A stretch of DNA of 49,647 nt, the filler included, from Jimgerdemannia flammicorona (lineage: Eukaryota), in the NCBI GenBank assembly GCA_003990765.1. It is 2 parts of 2 records of this genome, joined end to end, with 100 filler letters (N's around TTAATTAATTAA, not from the genome) between each part and the next. Parts side by side here need not be neighbours in the genome. Positions count along the whole stretch, not along the records: positions 1 to 24,775 come from RBNJ01000926.1; 1 more part is not named here. The stretch is one strand, 5' to 3'. The notes beneath the pieces are model-generated. The model searched no databases and was not told where the DNA came from. It saw only the letters and a program-made list of their open reading frames with translations. A program made the position numbers and the translations under genes. Shown here one piece after another: positions 1 through 12,700 of this stretch. Position 1 is the stretch's first letter. The number at the start of each line of letters is the position of its first letter.

Positions 1-913
1 CTCCAGCCTTCTTGAGGTGCTCCTTTTCCTCAGGTGTAAGTTTGCCTTTCTTGCTCTTGTCGATGGTGTCTAGGTCCATGGGGGCAGGTCCAACAGTTCT
101 GACTTTGGGTTCCTCCCTTCTGTGGTTATTGTTGTTGTTGAAAGGTGGTCTCTTCTGTTCAAAGCGGTGACCATAGGTGATGGCATCAAACCTATCAGCA
201 ATTTTCATTGCTGTGTCTAGGTCCTTGGGTTCTTCTAGTTCAATACGAGCTCGGGTTTAGCCTTTCAAACCTCGGATGTACTTGTCAACCTTCTCGTCTT
301 CAGTGACATGTGGTAATTCTAGCAGGATTGACAGGAATTGTGCATTGTATGCTTGTACAGACTTGAGTTGTTTGACATTTGCCAGATGGTCTCGCGCAGC
401 CTTGGTGCTGTTGACTGGTTTGAATTAGCCTTGAATAGCATCAGAGAATTTGCCCCAGGTCTTGATTCGGCCAGAGAATCTGGTATTCTGGATATGATTT
501 TGCCACCAGATTGCAGCATTCCCTCGGAGGAGTGTGGCAGCAAATTGGACTAGTGTTGTTTCTTCCAAATTGGTCAGTTCTCCATATTGCTCCAATTGGA
601 AAAGCCAGGCATCGGTAGACAGTCCTCCTCTTTGACCATCAAAGGTATCAGGTATCTGAGGCTTGATAGTGACTGCTGTCAGATGTATTGATGTCGGTAG
701 AGGTGTGGAGGTATGAGCGGAGGCCTTGCTTTCCTTTCTTTCTACACGTTCTTGAAGTTGGGCAATCTGAGCTAATGCAGTTTGCAAAAGACTTTCGATG
801 GACCCGGTTGACTGGGTGGAGATTGGCTGTTCCTCTTCTTCTTCTTGCTGATGGTAAGAGGCATTGCCTGGACCATAGGTATTGTATGAAGGGTTCCACC
901 CATTGTCCTCCAT
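1..913 (-). pseudogene. gag of A1 (retrotransposon capsid domain), with in-frame stops
   Basis: ORF 425..913 continues in frame past a TAA through KYIRGLK to PMDLD, typical of Ty3/Gypsy gag. Confidence 0.88.
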
Positions 914-967
914 AGTGTTGTGACTGATATCTTGAGAGGTGTCTTGATAAGGCTAGGTGTAACTTCA

Positions 968-979
968 CCACTGCTACCA
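968..979 (-). promoter_or_regulatory. Primer-binding site of A1, TGGTAGCAGTGG (initiator-Met tRNA-like)
   Basis: Begins with TGG 2 nt inside the 5' LTR boundary. The same PBS occurs at 7250-7261 (B1) and, with a transition, at 14170-14181 (A2). The tRNA assignment is inferred from the ...CUGCUACCA 3' end of iMet tRNAs. Confidence 0.75.
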
Positions 980-981
980 AG

Positions 982-1385
982 TGTAACGGTTCTAGTTTCT
1001 AAATGAGGAAGCAACTAATTCTGGTGGTCCTAAGTAGCTCAAAAAGATACTAAGGATTCAAGTATTCTCGAAGGATTTCTGGGAGAAAATATTCTGAGGC
1101 TTTATTCATGAGAACAAAGGGGATATTTATACAAGATCTGAAAGAAGGATCCGGAAGGATCTGAGAAATCAAAGGAAAATGCCAAGAGGAAAGTTCTCAG
1201 CAAAGATGACAAATGATGACAAATAAAGTTCTACAAGTTTCCAGGACATTCAGTGACTAACTAAATAAGTACTAGTTAATGCTCGGTGCCAAGAAAAGGG
1301 TTTCTAAGCATTCGGAAAGTACTGGAAGGTCATAGAATGTTGAAGAAAGACAAAGAAAAGAAATAAACTATGCTAAAATGTTACA
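982..1385 (-). repeat. 5' LTR of A1 (404 bp)
   Basis: TG...CA inverted ends; matches 9021-9423 and 14184-14586; minus-strand GTATAAAT (~1125-1132) followed by AATAAA (~1101-1106). Confidence 0.93.
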
Positions 1386-4300
1386 AGTGGTCTAGTTTGG
1401 GAATAGCTTATCATCATTTTCATTCTATTGCTTGAGATATTGGATATTAAAGACCTGATGGACCCTAATAGTATCTGGTAGTGCCAATTTGTAGGAAGTA
1501 GGAGAGACTTGTGCGATGACTTTGAATGGTCCAATGAACTTGCTGTTCAGCTTTATAGTTGAGGTTATCAACTCGGTATCCTCAGATGTCCAGTAGAACT
1601 TTTTCTCTAATGTCAAAGATTTCTTCTCAGTGGTGTTGGTTAACATACTGTGACTGTTGTTCTTAAGCTTGCAATAAATTCTCAATTACAATCTGGCTTA
1701 GATTACATATTTGGAGTAAGAATTCTTCAATAGCTTCGACTGTTGAGGGTTCTTCAGTGGTTTGGATAAGTGTCAAAGGGGTGTTTGGGTTTTGTCCAGT
1801 ATTGGCAAAAAATGGAGTCATTCTAAGAGAAGCTTGCTTGCTGTTGTTATAGGCAAACTTGACTACAGTGAGGTGTTCATGCCAATCATCTTGTCTGTAA
1901 GAAACATAGTTCCTTAGCATTTGTTCCAGAGTTCAGTTCATTCTTTTGGTTTGACCATCAGTTTCAGAGTAAAAGACTGTGGATAGTACAAGTTTTATTC
2001 CAAGGTGTCTATAGAGGGCTTTCTAAAAATAGCTGGTGAACTTTGGGTCTCAGTCACTAATAATAATCTTGGGAAGACCATGATAGCAGAAGATGTTATC
2101 AAACAAGAGTGTAGCTATGTCTGGTGCTATTGCAGTAGTGGTAGTTGGTATAAAGTAGGCTTGTTTGCTGAGATAATCCATAAAGACAATAATTATATCT
2201 TTTCCATTCTTGATTCAGAGTAGTTATACAATGAAGTCTATAGAGATTTGTTCCCAATTAGCAGATGGTACTGGGATAGGGTGAAGTAGGCCAGGTTTTG
2301 CTAGGATTGAGGACTTGTTTCATTAGCAGGCATTATAGGAAGTAATATAGGTCTTGAGCTGATCTGCCATGCAGGGCCAATAGAAGTTTTGGGAGATAAC
2401 TTCATAGCATTTATTGAATCCTAAATATTTAGTGGTAGGAGTATCATGATATTCGAATAGAATAGTCCTTCAGAGGTCTCAGTTATTTGGAATATATAAT
2501 CTGTTCTTATAGTAGATTGCATTATCCTTGAGTTAGTATTAGTTGTACCAGGTATGCTTGTCAGCATTATTATATTTCAAAATTTCTTAGAGTACTTGAG
2601 CTTCTTTATCATCAGCACATGCTGTGATAATTTGTTCTATGATAGAGTTTATAATCAAAGTGAGGATTTGGATAACTTCTTCGATTGATAGTCTGGATAT
2701 TGCATCAGCAATAATGTTTTTCTTACCAGGGCAATACTGGATTTCATAGTCAAAGTTGGTAAGAACTTTCATTCATCTGGCTTACTTTCAAGAAAGGGTA
2801 GCCTGTGTCTTGATGTTGACTAATGACTTGTGGTCAGTCAATATGGTGAAGTGTGCTCCTTTTAGATATAGTCACCATTTAATCAGAGTGTCTATGATGG
2901 CTAATATTTCCTTCTTGTAAGTTGCATAATTGATTTCAGCATCATTGAACTTGTGGGAATGATAGGCCACAGGGTGTCCTTCTTGCATGAGCACTGCTCC
3001 AAGAGCTAGGTTAGAGATATTGGTAGTGACTTTATATAGCAGGGCAGGATTTACTACCTGAAGCACTGGAGTGGTTATCAAGGCATCTTTTAGTACTTGA
3101 AAGGCTGTATATTGTTTGAGTCCCCAATTTGCAAGATTGTTGAAGTCTTTTTCTTGTTTCATAGTCCAGAGCTGTTCTTCTTTCTTATTGTGCTTAGTCA
3201 TTTGGGTGAGGGCAGTAGCAATTTTGGCAAAGTTGATAACAAATCATCTGTAATAATTTGCTAATCCCAGGAATAACTGGAGGTCCTTCAGCTTCTTGGG
3301 TCTGAGCCAATTCTTGATTGTGGAGATTTTGCTGGGGTCTACTTTGATTCCATTGGGTATGATAATGTGTCCAAGGAATTGGATTTTCTTCAGGAGAAAT
3401 TCACACTTACTGAGTTTTGTAAAGAGTTGGTTTTCTTGAAGTTTCAGTAGTACTAGCTCAAGGTGTTCAAGATATTCCTCCAGGGTTTTGCTGAAGACTA
3501 GGATGTTATCAATGTAGACAATAACAAATTTGTCTAGATATGGATGCAGAATAGTGTTCATCAGGGTCTGGAAGATTGCAGGAGCATTAGTTAAGCCAAA
3601 AGGCATAACCAGAAATTCGAAATATCTATAGTGGGTTCAGAAGACTGTCTTGTAGATATCTTCTTTTTCATGGCAATTTGCCAATAGCCATTTCACAGAT
3701 TGAAAGAGCTCATGAATTGTGGATTGGTAAGCCTATTGAATATTTCATCGATTCTGGGTAGTGGGCAACAGTTCTTGATGGTCTGTTCATTGAGGTTATG
3801 GTAATCAATACACATTTGCAAGTCTCCTCCTTTCTTGACAACAAAGAGGACTGGTGCACCATAGAGTGATACACTGGATCTGATGAATTCTTATTCTAGG
3901 AGTTTGTTGATTTCTTTCTTAAGTACATCAATTTCTCTTGGCAACATGTGGTAGATTGACTTGAAGGCTGGCTTGGCATCTGAAATAGTCTTGATGGTAT
4001 GGTCTACTGCTCATTTGGAGGGTAGACCTTTTGGAAGTTTCTTTGGGAATATATCTCAAAATTTCTGGAGTAATGGTCTAACACAGCTGTCAACTTTGAA
4101 AAAGTCTTCTTCAGAGTTCTTGAGTTCTCCTTTGGATGGGCAGATAGAGATAGCAAAGAGAGGGCATTTCTTGACCAATTTCTTGAGTTATAACTTATTG
4201 ATGTGGGTGATCTTTGGTTCAGGGTCACTAGGACTAAGTGGGTCCTTTTTGCCTTGTAGTTTGAAGTTGTGGTATCCTTTCTTGATAGTCAGAGAGTGGT

Positions 4301-7225
4301 TTACCCAATCAATCATGGGGTTCTCTTGTTTCAACCATGAAGTTCCAAGGATGATCTCGTTGTCAGAAAGTGGTACAATTTGGAGGGTAATATATACTTA
4401 ATAGTCACTAATTCAGAAGAGTAGATTGCAGACTTCCTTACTAATAACATGTGAGGTTTCATCAGCCATAGCAACTGCTTGAGTTTGTTGTACCAGAGAG
4501 ATAAAGACCTTGAGTCTGTTGGCTGTTTCTTCATTGATGAAGTTGCCTGAGGCACTACTGTCTATTATAATTTTGACAGGTGCTCAGTTGACAAAAGCTT
4601 GGAGTATAAGCAGTTTGTCTGATCCAATAGTGGTAATTTCAGTTGTAGGAGCTTTCCTTCTATTGGTTCTTCTTTGAGTCAATTCATTGATATAAGAGAA
4701 GTAAACATCAATCATTCAGGATGAGTATATTCCAATACCATGGGAGCATCAGCCACTTGGTATATATCCATCTTCGATTTTCTTGTAGAATTGTTCTTTA
4801 TTTATGGTAGGTTGGGCTGGGGCCTTGTTTGATGAGCTAAATCCTTTGGATTCTTGGATGGTAGGCAGTAGTTCAGGGACTTCTTTGACTGTCAGAGTTG
4901 ATTTGATTTTTTTGAATAGGATCTGGGCAATGCAAAAACCTATGGAGATCTTGAAGGGTGTCCAACTATGATTTCAGATGAGGACAATAATTTCACCTGT
5001 ATAATCTTCATCAATGACTCCTCCTTCTACTGAGAGTCCTTTCAATGCTAAGCTGCTGTGACAACATATTCTTCCAACATATCCTTCAGGAATTTGGATA
5101 CTGATTCCTGTGTAGACTTACTTGACTTCTCGGTTGGAAACTGTAGCTTCTTCAGCTACATACAGGTCATATCCAGCTGCTTTTTGACTTCCTTTAGTTG
5201 GGCTTTAGCAGTTTGTCTTAGCTTGACAACATCTAATATTCTGGTAGTCAGATTATTGAGATAGTACAGAGTAGTAATAGTTGCTCATATTGCTGTTTGG
5301 GGTTTTCAGTTGGGGCAGACACTGGCCATATGTCCTGTCTTTCAGCAATAGAAGTATGCTCTGCTTCTTTGAAGTTCATTTCTTTTACCTTTGGTGAGTT
5401 TCTTGAAGGTACTTGGCTGAGTGGGTTCATGATTTCTGAGTGTCTATGAGATGGATATGGAGGGAGCTTGAGATGTTTCATACTTGGGTTCTTCTTTCTT
5501 GGTCCAAGTCTTTTTCTTATTGTTGAATTATCTTCAGGGCAGAATTGGTCCAGCTGTTATAATTTGCTTGACCATGGTCTTGATTCTTACTAGGTACTAT
5601 TGTTGGTGATCACAACCAACTGGGCAGCCTTGTTTACAGATTTTTCTAGTAAGCTATTCAGGCAGGGCATCAAATAAATAGTCTGCTCTTGTATCATTTC
5701 GTACTTCATCATTGGTAATATATCCTAGGCCAACAGTGTTCAGGAGTGACTCAAGTTTTGTACAGAAGGTTTCAAATTCTTCTTTGCCATATATGTACAT
5801 CAAATTTGAGATTATGGAGTTTTACTCAAGATTCAGCAATCATGGTTTTGCTGTAGTATTGGGCAATTATGAGTTGTTTGAGTCCAGGGGCTACAGGATG
5901 TGCTCCATATCCTGGGGTATTATTCACTGCATTCTGAGCAACTACTGCAGGTCGGGTGTCCCATGTGAGGGGTTTTTCAGAAAGAGTTCGCCACCATTCT
6001 TCGGCAGGTCCTCGGAAGAATGTAACAACTCAGCAGACATAGGCTGTAGTAGTAGCAAAGAGTTCCAGAGTGTGGTCTTGATTGTTTATCAGAAAGCAGT
6101 CAGCAACTCACTCATTTGTCCATTGATTGGCTTCGAAGTTGGTGTCAACTATACTAATGAAGCTTTGGACTTCTTGTGCAATATCATTGAAGGTAGATAG
6201 GCTCAGATTTTTGGTAGATCAGGTCTGTTCAGCTAAGGCAGTAATGGTTGCTGCCATTATGGCTATCTGGGTTGTGAGATCTAGAATCTATTGGTTTGCC
6301 ATATTGTTTACTGGGGGCAGTTGGACTACTGGTAGTGGTATTACTGGTACTACTTAAGGTACTGATGCAGAGTGTGATGGGGTTCTTTGAGTCTGTGTAA
6401 GTTGCTAGAGTAATAGTTGTGGATCTGAAGTAAGGGCTCAATGGATAGCTGTTTGTTGCTGTGTCAGTGTATTTTGTCCTGATGGAGGCATGTCTCCTTC
6501 AGTGGTATATCCAAGATCAAATTCACTGAGATACTCCTCCTCCTCTTCGGTTTGGTCCTTGTGTAGTCAGGTTTGCTCAGCATCAAAGTAGACAGAATCA
6601 GTTGTATATCTGATTTCAGATAGACTTAATTCAAAGTCAAGTTCTGGTTCAGTATTGGTTTCTGATTCAAGTAGTATTGTAGCTAGACCTGCTTCTGGTT
6701 CAGAGTCAGGTAGTTGATGGAGGGTTTCTCTTGCTTCTTTTTTAAGAATATAGCAGACCTTACTGTTCTGGAATCAGTAGTATAATACAGTCTTGGTCCT
6801 GGTATAGTGAAAGTCAGTAGAGTTGAGCCACTTGGCTACAGAGGCTTGGACTTCATGAGGGACTAAGGCTAGAAAGACTGCTGCTGGTTATCCTAGGTCA
6901 CTTGGATTTATGGAGCTGACAAAACTCTTATTGAGAAGAGTAAAGAAGGCTTCTATAAGACCTTCTTCATCTTGACTTGCTGGGTGTAGAGCAAGGAGTT
7001 CAGTGAATAGGGTTTCACCTATTTGCTGATTTAACTGGAGTATTTCTTTCTTTGAATGAAGTTTTTCCCACTTGTTACAGGTGTGGAGATCAAATTATCC
7101 TTATACGTCAGGTTCAATTCTCTTCAGATTGTCAGATAGTTCAGGATAAATTCTAGTTCAGAGGTTGGGCTTTATACCAACTTGTAGGAATTCACAGAGG
7201 GGTTTGTAGCAAGGTGAGGAAGCAT
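1386..7225 (-). pseudogene. Decayed gag-pol of B1
   Basis: Long N-terminally extended gag; CCHC knuckle CFYC.KTGHMASVC (~5315-5360); protease IIDSSASGNFI (~4540-4575); RT MPFGLTNAP...VYIDNILVFS (3244-3606); RNase H (2872-3201); integrase with KFIGPFKV (1425-2450); many stops. Confidence 0.92.
4830..5235 (-). pseudogene. dUTPase domain in B1, between gag and protease
   Basis: Manual translation gives AAGYDLY...TGISIQIPEGYVGRI..HSSLALKGLSVEGGVIDEDYTGEI...IAQI...KGFSSS, covering the five trimeric dUTPase motifs in decayed form. Confidence 0.92.
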
Positions 7226-7921
7226 CTTGAAGTAGAATTGGATTGTAAACCACTGCTACCAAGTTGTAAGAGGGTTGCTTTTTTAGAGTAACTGTTACAT
7301 AGTTCTAGAAGGGTTTTCTGGAAGTTCTGGATATTCTGGAAGACCATTTTCTTAAGGTCAAGATTAATTTCATATGGAGTATATCCTCTATGCTTATTGA
7401 TTTTGAGATCAGATTGATGTCTCAACCAAAGTCCTTTTTCGGACTAGTTCTGGATGTTTAGGATTTTTTGTATTTCAGGAAGTTCAAGAAACTAAGACCA
7501 GCTTAGTTGAATTGGCATATCACTGCAGACAATACCCAATTAGGAAATTTCATGATGGGGTTAGGAGTGGGACCTAACAGAGAGCAGATTTACTTAAGAG
7601 TAATTTGTGAGTTATTAAATAGATTTATTCGCTATTCATAATATTGCTATACTAGGAGTAGTTGTGTAAAGGGATATTGTGGGAAAGTATTCAGATCTGT
7701 TCAAGTCTGAGATTCTGAGGTCTGGGGGAGGGGGTATTTATACTAGTGAGAGGCTATCTGGACTATGCTAAATATGGATATAGTACTTAGTATCTTGCTG
7801 AGTTGGAATACAGTCATATAGTACAAGTGTGATCTGAGATCATCTAATTGCTGAGTCAGTTCACAGTCACATTGTATAAGGCTAATCTAACTATACTATG
7901 ACTGCTAAGCTATTTATAGGT

Positions 7922-9019
7922 TTAGACACTATCTGGGTAGTCTTTGATGACATCACCATCAATGACATCATCTCTGATGAAGTAGTTATCTAGGAAAAGT
8001 AGTTTGCAGATCACTTCTCCTTGTTCACTGAGGTAATAATACATCAGAACTTCATCTTCGTCCTACAAGATAGTATCATCTGTCTCATATACTGGATAAA
8101 GTATTGGTGGGCAAAGTAGGAGTGTATTGTTTTTACTTTCATTGGATTCGCTGTCTGCATACCTTCTATAGGTTATAGTACTATGAGTCATGGGGTTGTA
8201 GTAAGCTGGCAGCTGTGGTTTATGTTGCTTGTACTCAGGTGGTGAAGTGGTTGATTCGATCTCAAGGGTTGTCTGGAGGTACAGGTTGTGTTCTCCAGTC
8301 TCTTCATTATAGTTGAAGTAATCCAGAGTGAACATAGGTTGGTATTCATACCAGTGGTCATTGTCCCAATAGGTCTTGTAGGTGGTTATGAACTGTTGTA
8401 AGTTCATTGGTAATATTGGTAGAGTGATCAGAGTTGGCAGAGATTCTTGGCTGGAGGTCATGTTGGCATCAGAGGGATCATTGTCTTCTGCTTCATCTTC
8501 ATTGAACTGGATTATATCATAAATATCCTTCATAGCATATCTGACTTGAGGCATTTGCAGGATATGGTCATTGGGATATAGGAAGGTTCTATCTGTGGTC
8601 TGGACATACTTGAGGTACTTGTGGTTGAGTTCTTGTATTATGTCATTGATTTGACCATAGGATAGAGTAGCAACCATTTTAGTAGTAGTAACTCAGAGGT
8701 GGGGAATAAAGGTGCTATACTCATAGAAGAGTTTTTGGTGTTTGCAGGCAATAAGTTTCTGGTGTTGAGACATCTGGGTAATGTCCATATCATAGTGGTA
8801 TTCAACCATGTCTTCCAAGAGGCAGCCAATCTAATAGTAGCTTGAGATTTGTCCAATTCAGTGGGCCTCACTAAGTATGTTCAGGGTATTCCATTAGGCT
8901 TCTACAAAGTAGAGGGATGCTAGACTATGGATATTCATAAGGGGCAGAGGGGGTGTGACTCGATTGACAATAGTATTCCAAATTTCAGCATAGATGCAGT
9001 TGTAGATCTCAGTGGTTAT
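7922..9019 (-). pseudogene. ~365-codon accessory ORF inside the U3 of the B LTR (unknown product)
   Basis: One frame from MTTEIYNCIY to DYPDSV* with only 5 internal stops; includes the 204-aa track ORF 8063..8677; homologous frame in B2 at 38033-39129. Confidence 0.75.
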
Positions 9020-9020
9020 A

Positions 9021-9423
9021 TATAATAGTTCTAGTTTCTAAATGAGGAAGCGACTAATTCTGGTAGTCATAAGTAGCTTGAAGAGATACTAAGGATTCAA
9101 GTATTCTTAAAGGATTTCTGAGAGAAAATATTCTGAGACTTTATTCATAAGAACAAAGGGGATATTTATACAAGATCTGAAAGAAGGATCTGGAAGGATC
9201 TGAGAAATCAAAGGAAAATGCCAAGAGGAAAGTTCTCGGCAAAGATGACAAATGATGACAAATAAAGTTCTACAAGTTTTCAGGACAATCAGTGACTAAC
9301 TAAATAAGTACTAGTTAATGCTCAGTGCCAAGAAAGGATTTCTAAGCATTCAGAAAGTACCAGAAGGTCATAAAATATTGAAGAAAGACAAAGAAAAGAA
9401 ATAAACTACACTAAAATATTACA
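9021..9423 (-). repeat. 3' LTR of A2
   Basis: Copy of 982-1385, adjacent to the polypurine tract AAGGGGGGGGAGA on the minus strand. Confidence 0.93.
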
Positions 9424-9749
9424 TCTCCCCCCCCTTAAGAATCAAAATCCTCATTAAATTCTCAAAGTTATACACAATAAACAATAAGACTAAAAGAAAC
9501 TTCAAATTAAATATACTGACTCATTGGCAAGGATTGGCTGTCCTTATATAAGGTGAGGGCCAAAGTATCATCTTGATCAGATGAGAACTGGTTCAAACCT
9601 CGTTGGTTGTAGGATTTATAGGGTTTTCCTGTATCTCTTGCTTCTGATGCTGTATCCCTTAGAGAGCCCTGATGTGTAATGTGCCTGATCAGTACAGTAG
9701 GTCATCTACTATTAAGGGGAGAATCTCATGGGCAGTCAATGAGTTCCTT

Positions 9750-12700
9750 TTTGCTCAAACTCTTGGATGAGGTCTTGGGAGTTCTTGAGATTGGTAGCAG
9801 GTTCCCAGGTGGCATCATATTCAGAGTAACCCATCCACTTGACTAGGTATTCTGTGCAATGGTATTGGACTCATTTGTCTAAGATTTTCTCAACTTCATA
9901 CTTGATGTGGTCTTCAACTATGACTGGTGCTGATGGTGTCAGAATTCAGCCAGGGTATAGGGGTGACTGGTTCCAGGCCTTGAGTTGTGACACATGGAAT
10001 ACTGGGTGTATATACATGGTTGTTGGTAAGTTGAGATGGTAAGATCAGGTAGAGACTTGCTCAGTGATCTCAAAGAGTCTAAGGTACTTGGACTAGAATT
10101 TGGCTAACTGGCAGTTGACTTGAGATTGAGCCTTGATGTTGTCAGCTTTGAGTAGAACCATATCACCAATGTTGTATATGACATCTTGTCACTTCTTATC
10201 TGCATACTTAGCTTGATGTTGCTGAGCCTTTTGCAGATTCGTAGTGGCGATCTTGAGAAGGGAATCCATTTTGTCAATAAGGTTCTGGGCTGTGGGGACT
10301 TGTGTGTAACTGGATTGCTGGAATTGGACTAGACTTGCAGGAGTCTCAGAGTTTTGACTGTGAAGTAGCTGGAATGGAGAAAGACCAGTTGATGATTGGT
10401 TGGCATTATTGTAGACGAACTTGGTGTAGGTCAGATAGTGGTCTCAATCATCTTATTCATAAGACACATAGTTTCTGAGCATTTGTTCAAGTATTCTGTT
10501 CATTCGCTCTGTCTATCCATCAGTTTGAGGATAGAAGGCAGTAGACATAGCAATTTGAGTTCCAAGGGTCTTAAAGAGTGCTTGCCAGAAGTGACTTGTG
10601 AACTTGGGGTCGCAGTTGCTGATAATTACTTGGGGAAGTCCATAATGGTGGAAGACAGTCTTGAAGAAGATTCTTGCAATTTCTGGGGCAGTGGTATTGG
10701 TTGTGGTTGGCTCGGTAATTGTAATCTTGGTGAGACGGTCCACAAATACAACAATAGCATCATAGCCTGTTTTGGTTCGTAGGAGTTGCACAATGAAGTC
10801 CATTATGACTTGTTTGAACTTCTTGGTTGGAATTGACAAGGGTTGTAGAAGACCAGCAGGTGCTTGGTTGCTTGACTTGTTTCTTTGGCAAAGATCGCAG
10901 CTTTGGACATATTCCTTGATTTCCTTGAGCATGTTTGGCCAGTAGTAGTCTCATTGGATATTCTTGATGGTCTTTTCAGTTCCAAGGTGGCCAGCTAGTG
11001 GGGAGTCATGATGTTCATGAAGAATCTTATACCATAGTTCAGGGTTGGCAGGAATATATACTTTGTCTTGATAGTATATGAGATTGTTCTTGATGGTGTA
11101 CTTTTTCTTAAATTCCTTGGTGTTCCTTTGTAGAACCAGAGAGTCTTGTTTGTACATCTTCTTGATCTGGTTGAGGAATTCAGGTGCTACAGTAACTTGT
11201 AAAATTGCAGTAAGGTTAGGTCTCCTTGAGAGTACATCTGGTACAACTAGAGTTTTGCCAGACTTGTAGATGATGTTTGGGGTAAAAGTCTGAAGTAGTT
11301 GGCTCCACTTGGCTTGTTGGCAAGAAAGGGTTGGTTGAGTATTGATGTACTGAAGGGACCTGTGATTGGTGATCACATTAAACTCAACTCCTTCTAGATA
11401 GTGTCACCAGGTCTTGAGGGCATGTATGATTGCCAGGAGTTCCTTTTCATGAGTAGCCAGCTTTTGTTCTGCTGGGGACAATTTTCTTGACTCAAAGGCA
11501 ATAGGTTGGTGTCCTTGACCATTATCTTGAGAAATGACTGCACCAATGATAAAGTTAGATGTATCTGTAGTGACTATGAACTTCAAGTTTAGGTCCATGT
11601 TTCTAAGGACAGGTGCATGGGTCAGGTAGTTCTTGAGTTCTTGAAAGGCTTGTTGACAGAAGGCATCCCAGGTATAGGGGACATAGAGGTCAGAGTTGGA
11701 TATGTCTTCTGGCTTGATTTGAATTTGGTGATACCTAGAGGTGAGATCAATCTTGGTGAAGTACTTAATATTCTTGAGAGCATCAAAGATTTGATCTATA
11801 AGTAGTAGTGGATAATGGTTCTTGACTGTGATCTTGTTGAGTGCACAGTAGTCTATGCATATTCATAGAGTATTATTCTTTTTCTTGACAAATAGGACTG
11901 GGGAGCCAAAGGGTGACTTGCTTGGTTGAATGGCTCCTCGCTCAATAAGTTCATTGAGTTCCTTCTTGACTGCTTCAATTTCAAGTAGAGATATGTGGTA
12001 CATTTTCTTAGGTATAACTACATCAGATACCAACTTGATTTCGTGGTCATGGTCTCTTGAAGGTGGTAGACCAGGTAGTTTGTCTGGGAAGACATCCTTA
12101 TACTTGTTCAGCAGTAACTTGATGCTTTCACTAATTGATAGCTTCTTGTTTTCTTTCTTTGGTCAGATCAGTGTCATGAAGGCACAGGTAGCTTTCTTGA
12201 GGGCCTTCTTGAACTAAATTGCTGAAAGGGTAGCAATTGGGGTTCTCATCTGAGTCTTGTCTAGCTTGATGGTAATATTGGCTCCATCTTGAATCAAGGT
12301 GACTTCATTCTTGGTCCAATCAATCTGAGAGTTGTGCTGTATAAGCCAGAGTTTGCCTAAGATCAGGTCATGGTCTCCTAGTAGTACTACCTCAAAATCT
12401 AAATGTTTCCAATACTTCTGGATCTTGAGGGGAAGTTTAGCAGCAATTGAGTCAATTGGTAAGGTGGTGCTATCTGTAGTGACAACTCTACCATTCTTGT
12501 CAGCTGGTTTGGTGAGAATCTTGAGCTTGTCGATGAGGTTCTTGTTGATGAAGTTCCCAACAGCTCCACTATCTATAAGAACATCTAGCTCTTGTCCCTT
12601 GACTAGACCTTTGAAGATGAGCATTGAATTGGCTTGGTTCTTGGCTATACTTGCAACTTTGTCAGTACTGCCAAAGCCTTTCTGATCTCACTTGGTAGAA

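Larger units (their letters stand above)
1..1385 (-). mobile_element. Ty3/Gypsy family A, copy A1 (5' LTR plus gag; runs off the window start), inserted into the integrase C-terminal region of element B1
   Basis: Near-identical to 13197-14586. LTR 982-1385 has TGTAAC...GTTACA ends. Gag ORF 425-913 (PDTFDG...AWLFQLEQY...LRGNAAIWW) continues to a PAPMDLD motif near 70-90. The right flank resumes family B integrase sequence. Confidence 0.93.

Noticed and set aside
5712..6200. Plus-strand ORFs within the Gypsy elements (e.g. 3961-4401, 5712-6200, 10396-10782, 46228-46596)
   Set aside because: Antisense shadows of gag-pol with no independent motifs.
982..9423. Reading LTRs 982-1385 and 9021-9423 as the two ends of one element
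   Set aside because: PBS, PPT and TSD positions show the first is the 5' LTR of A1 and the second is the 3' LTR of A2; the sequence between them belongs to family B.
9440..9750. Possible extra ORF between the A chromodomain and the PPT
   Set aside because: Short and interrupted, with only one copy in view and no similarity to the B/C accessory ORFs.
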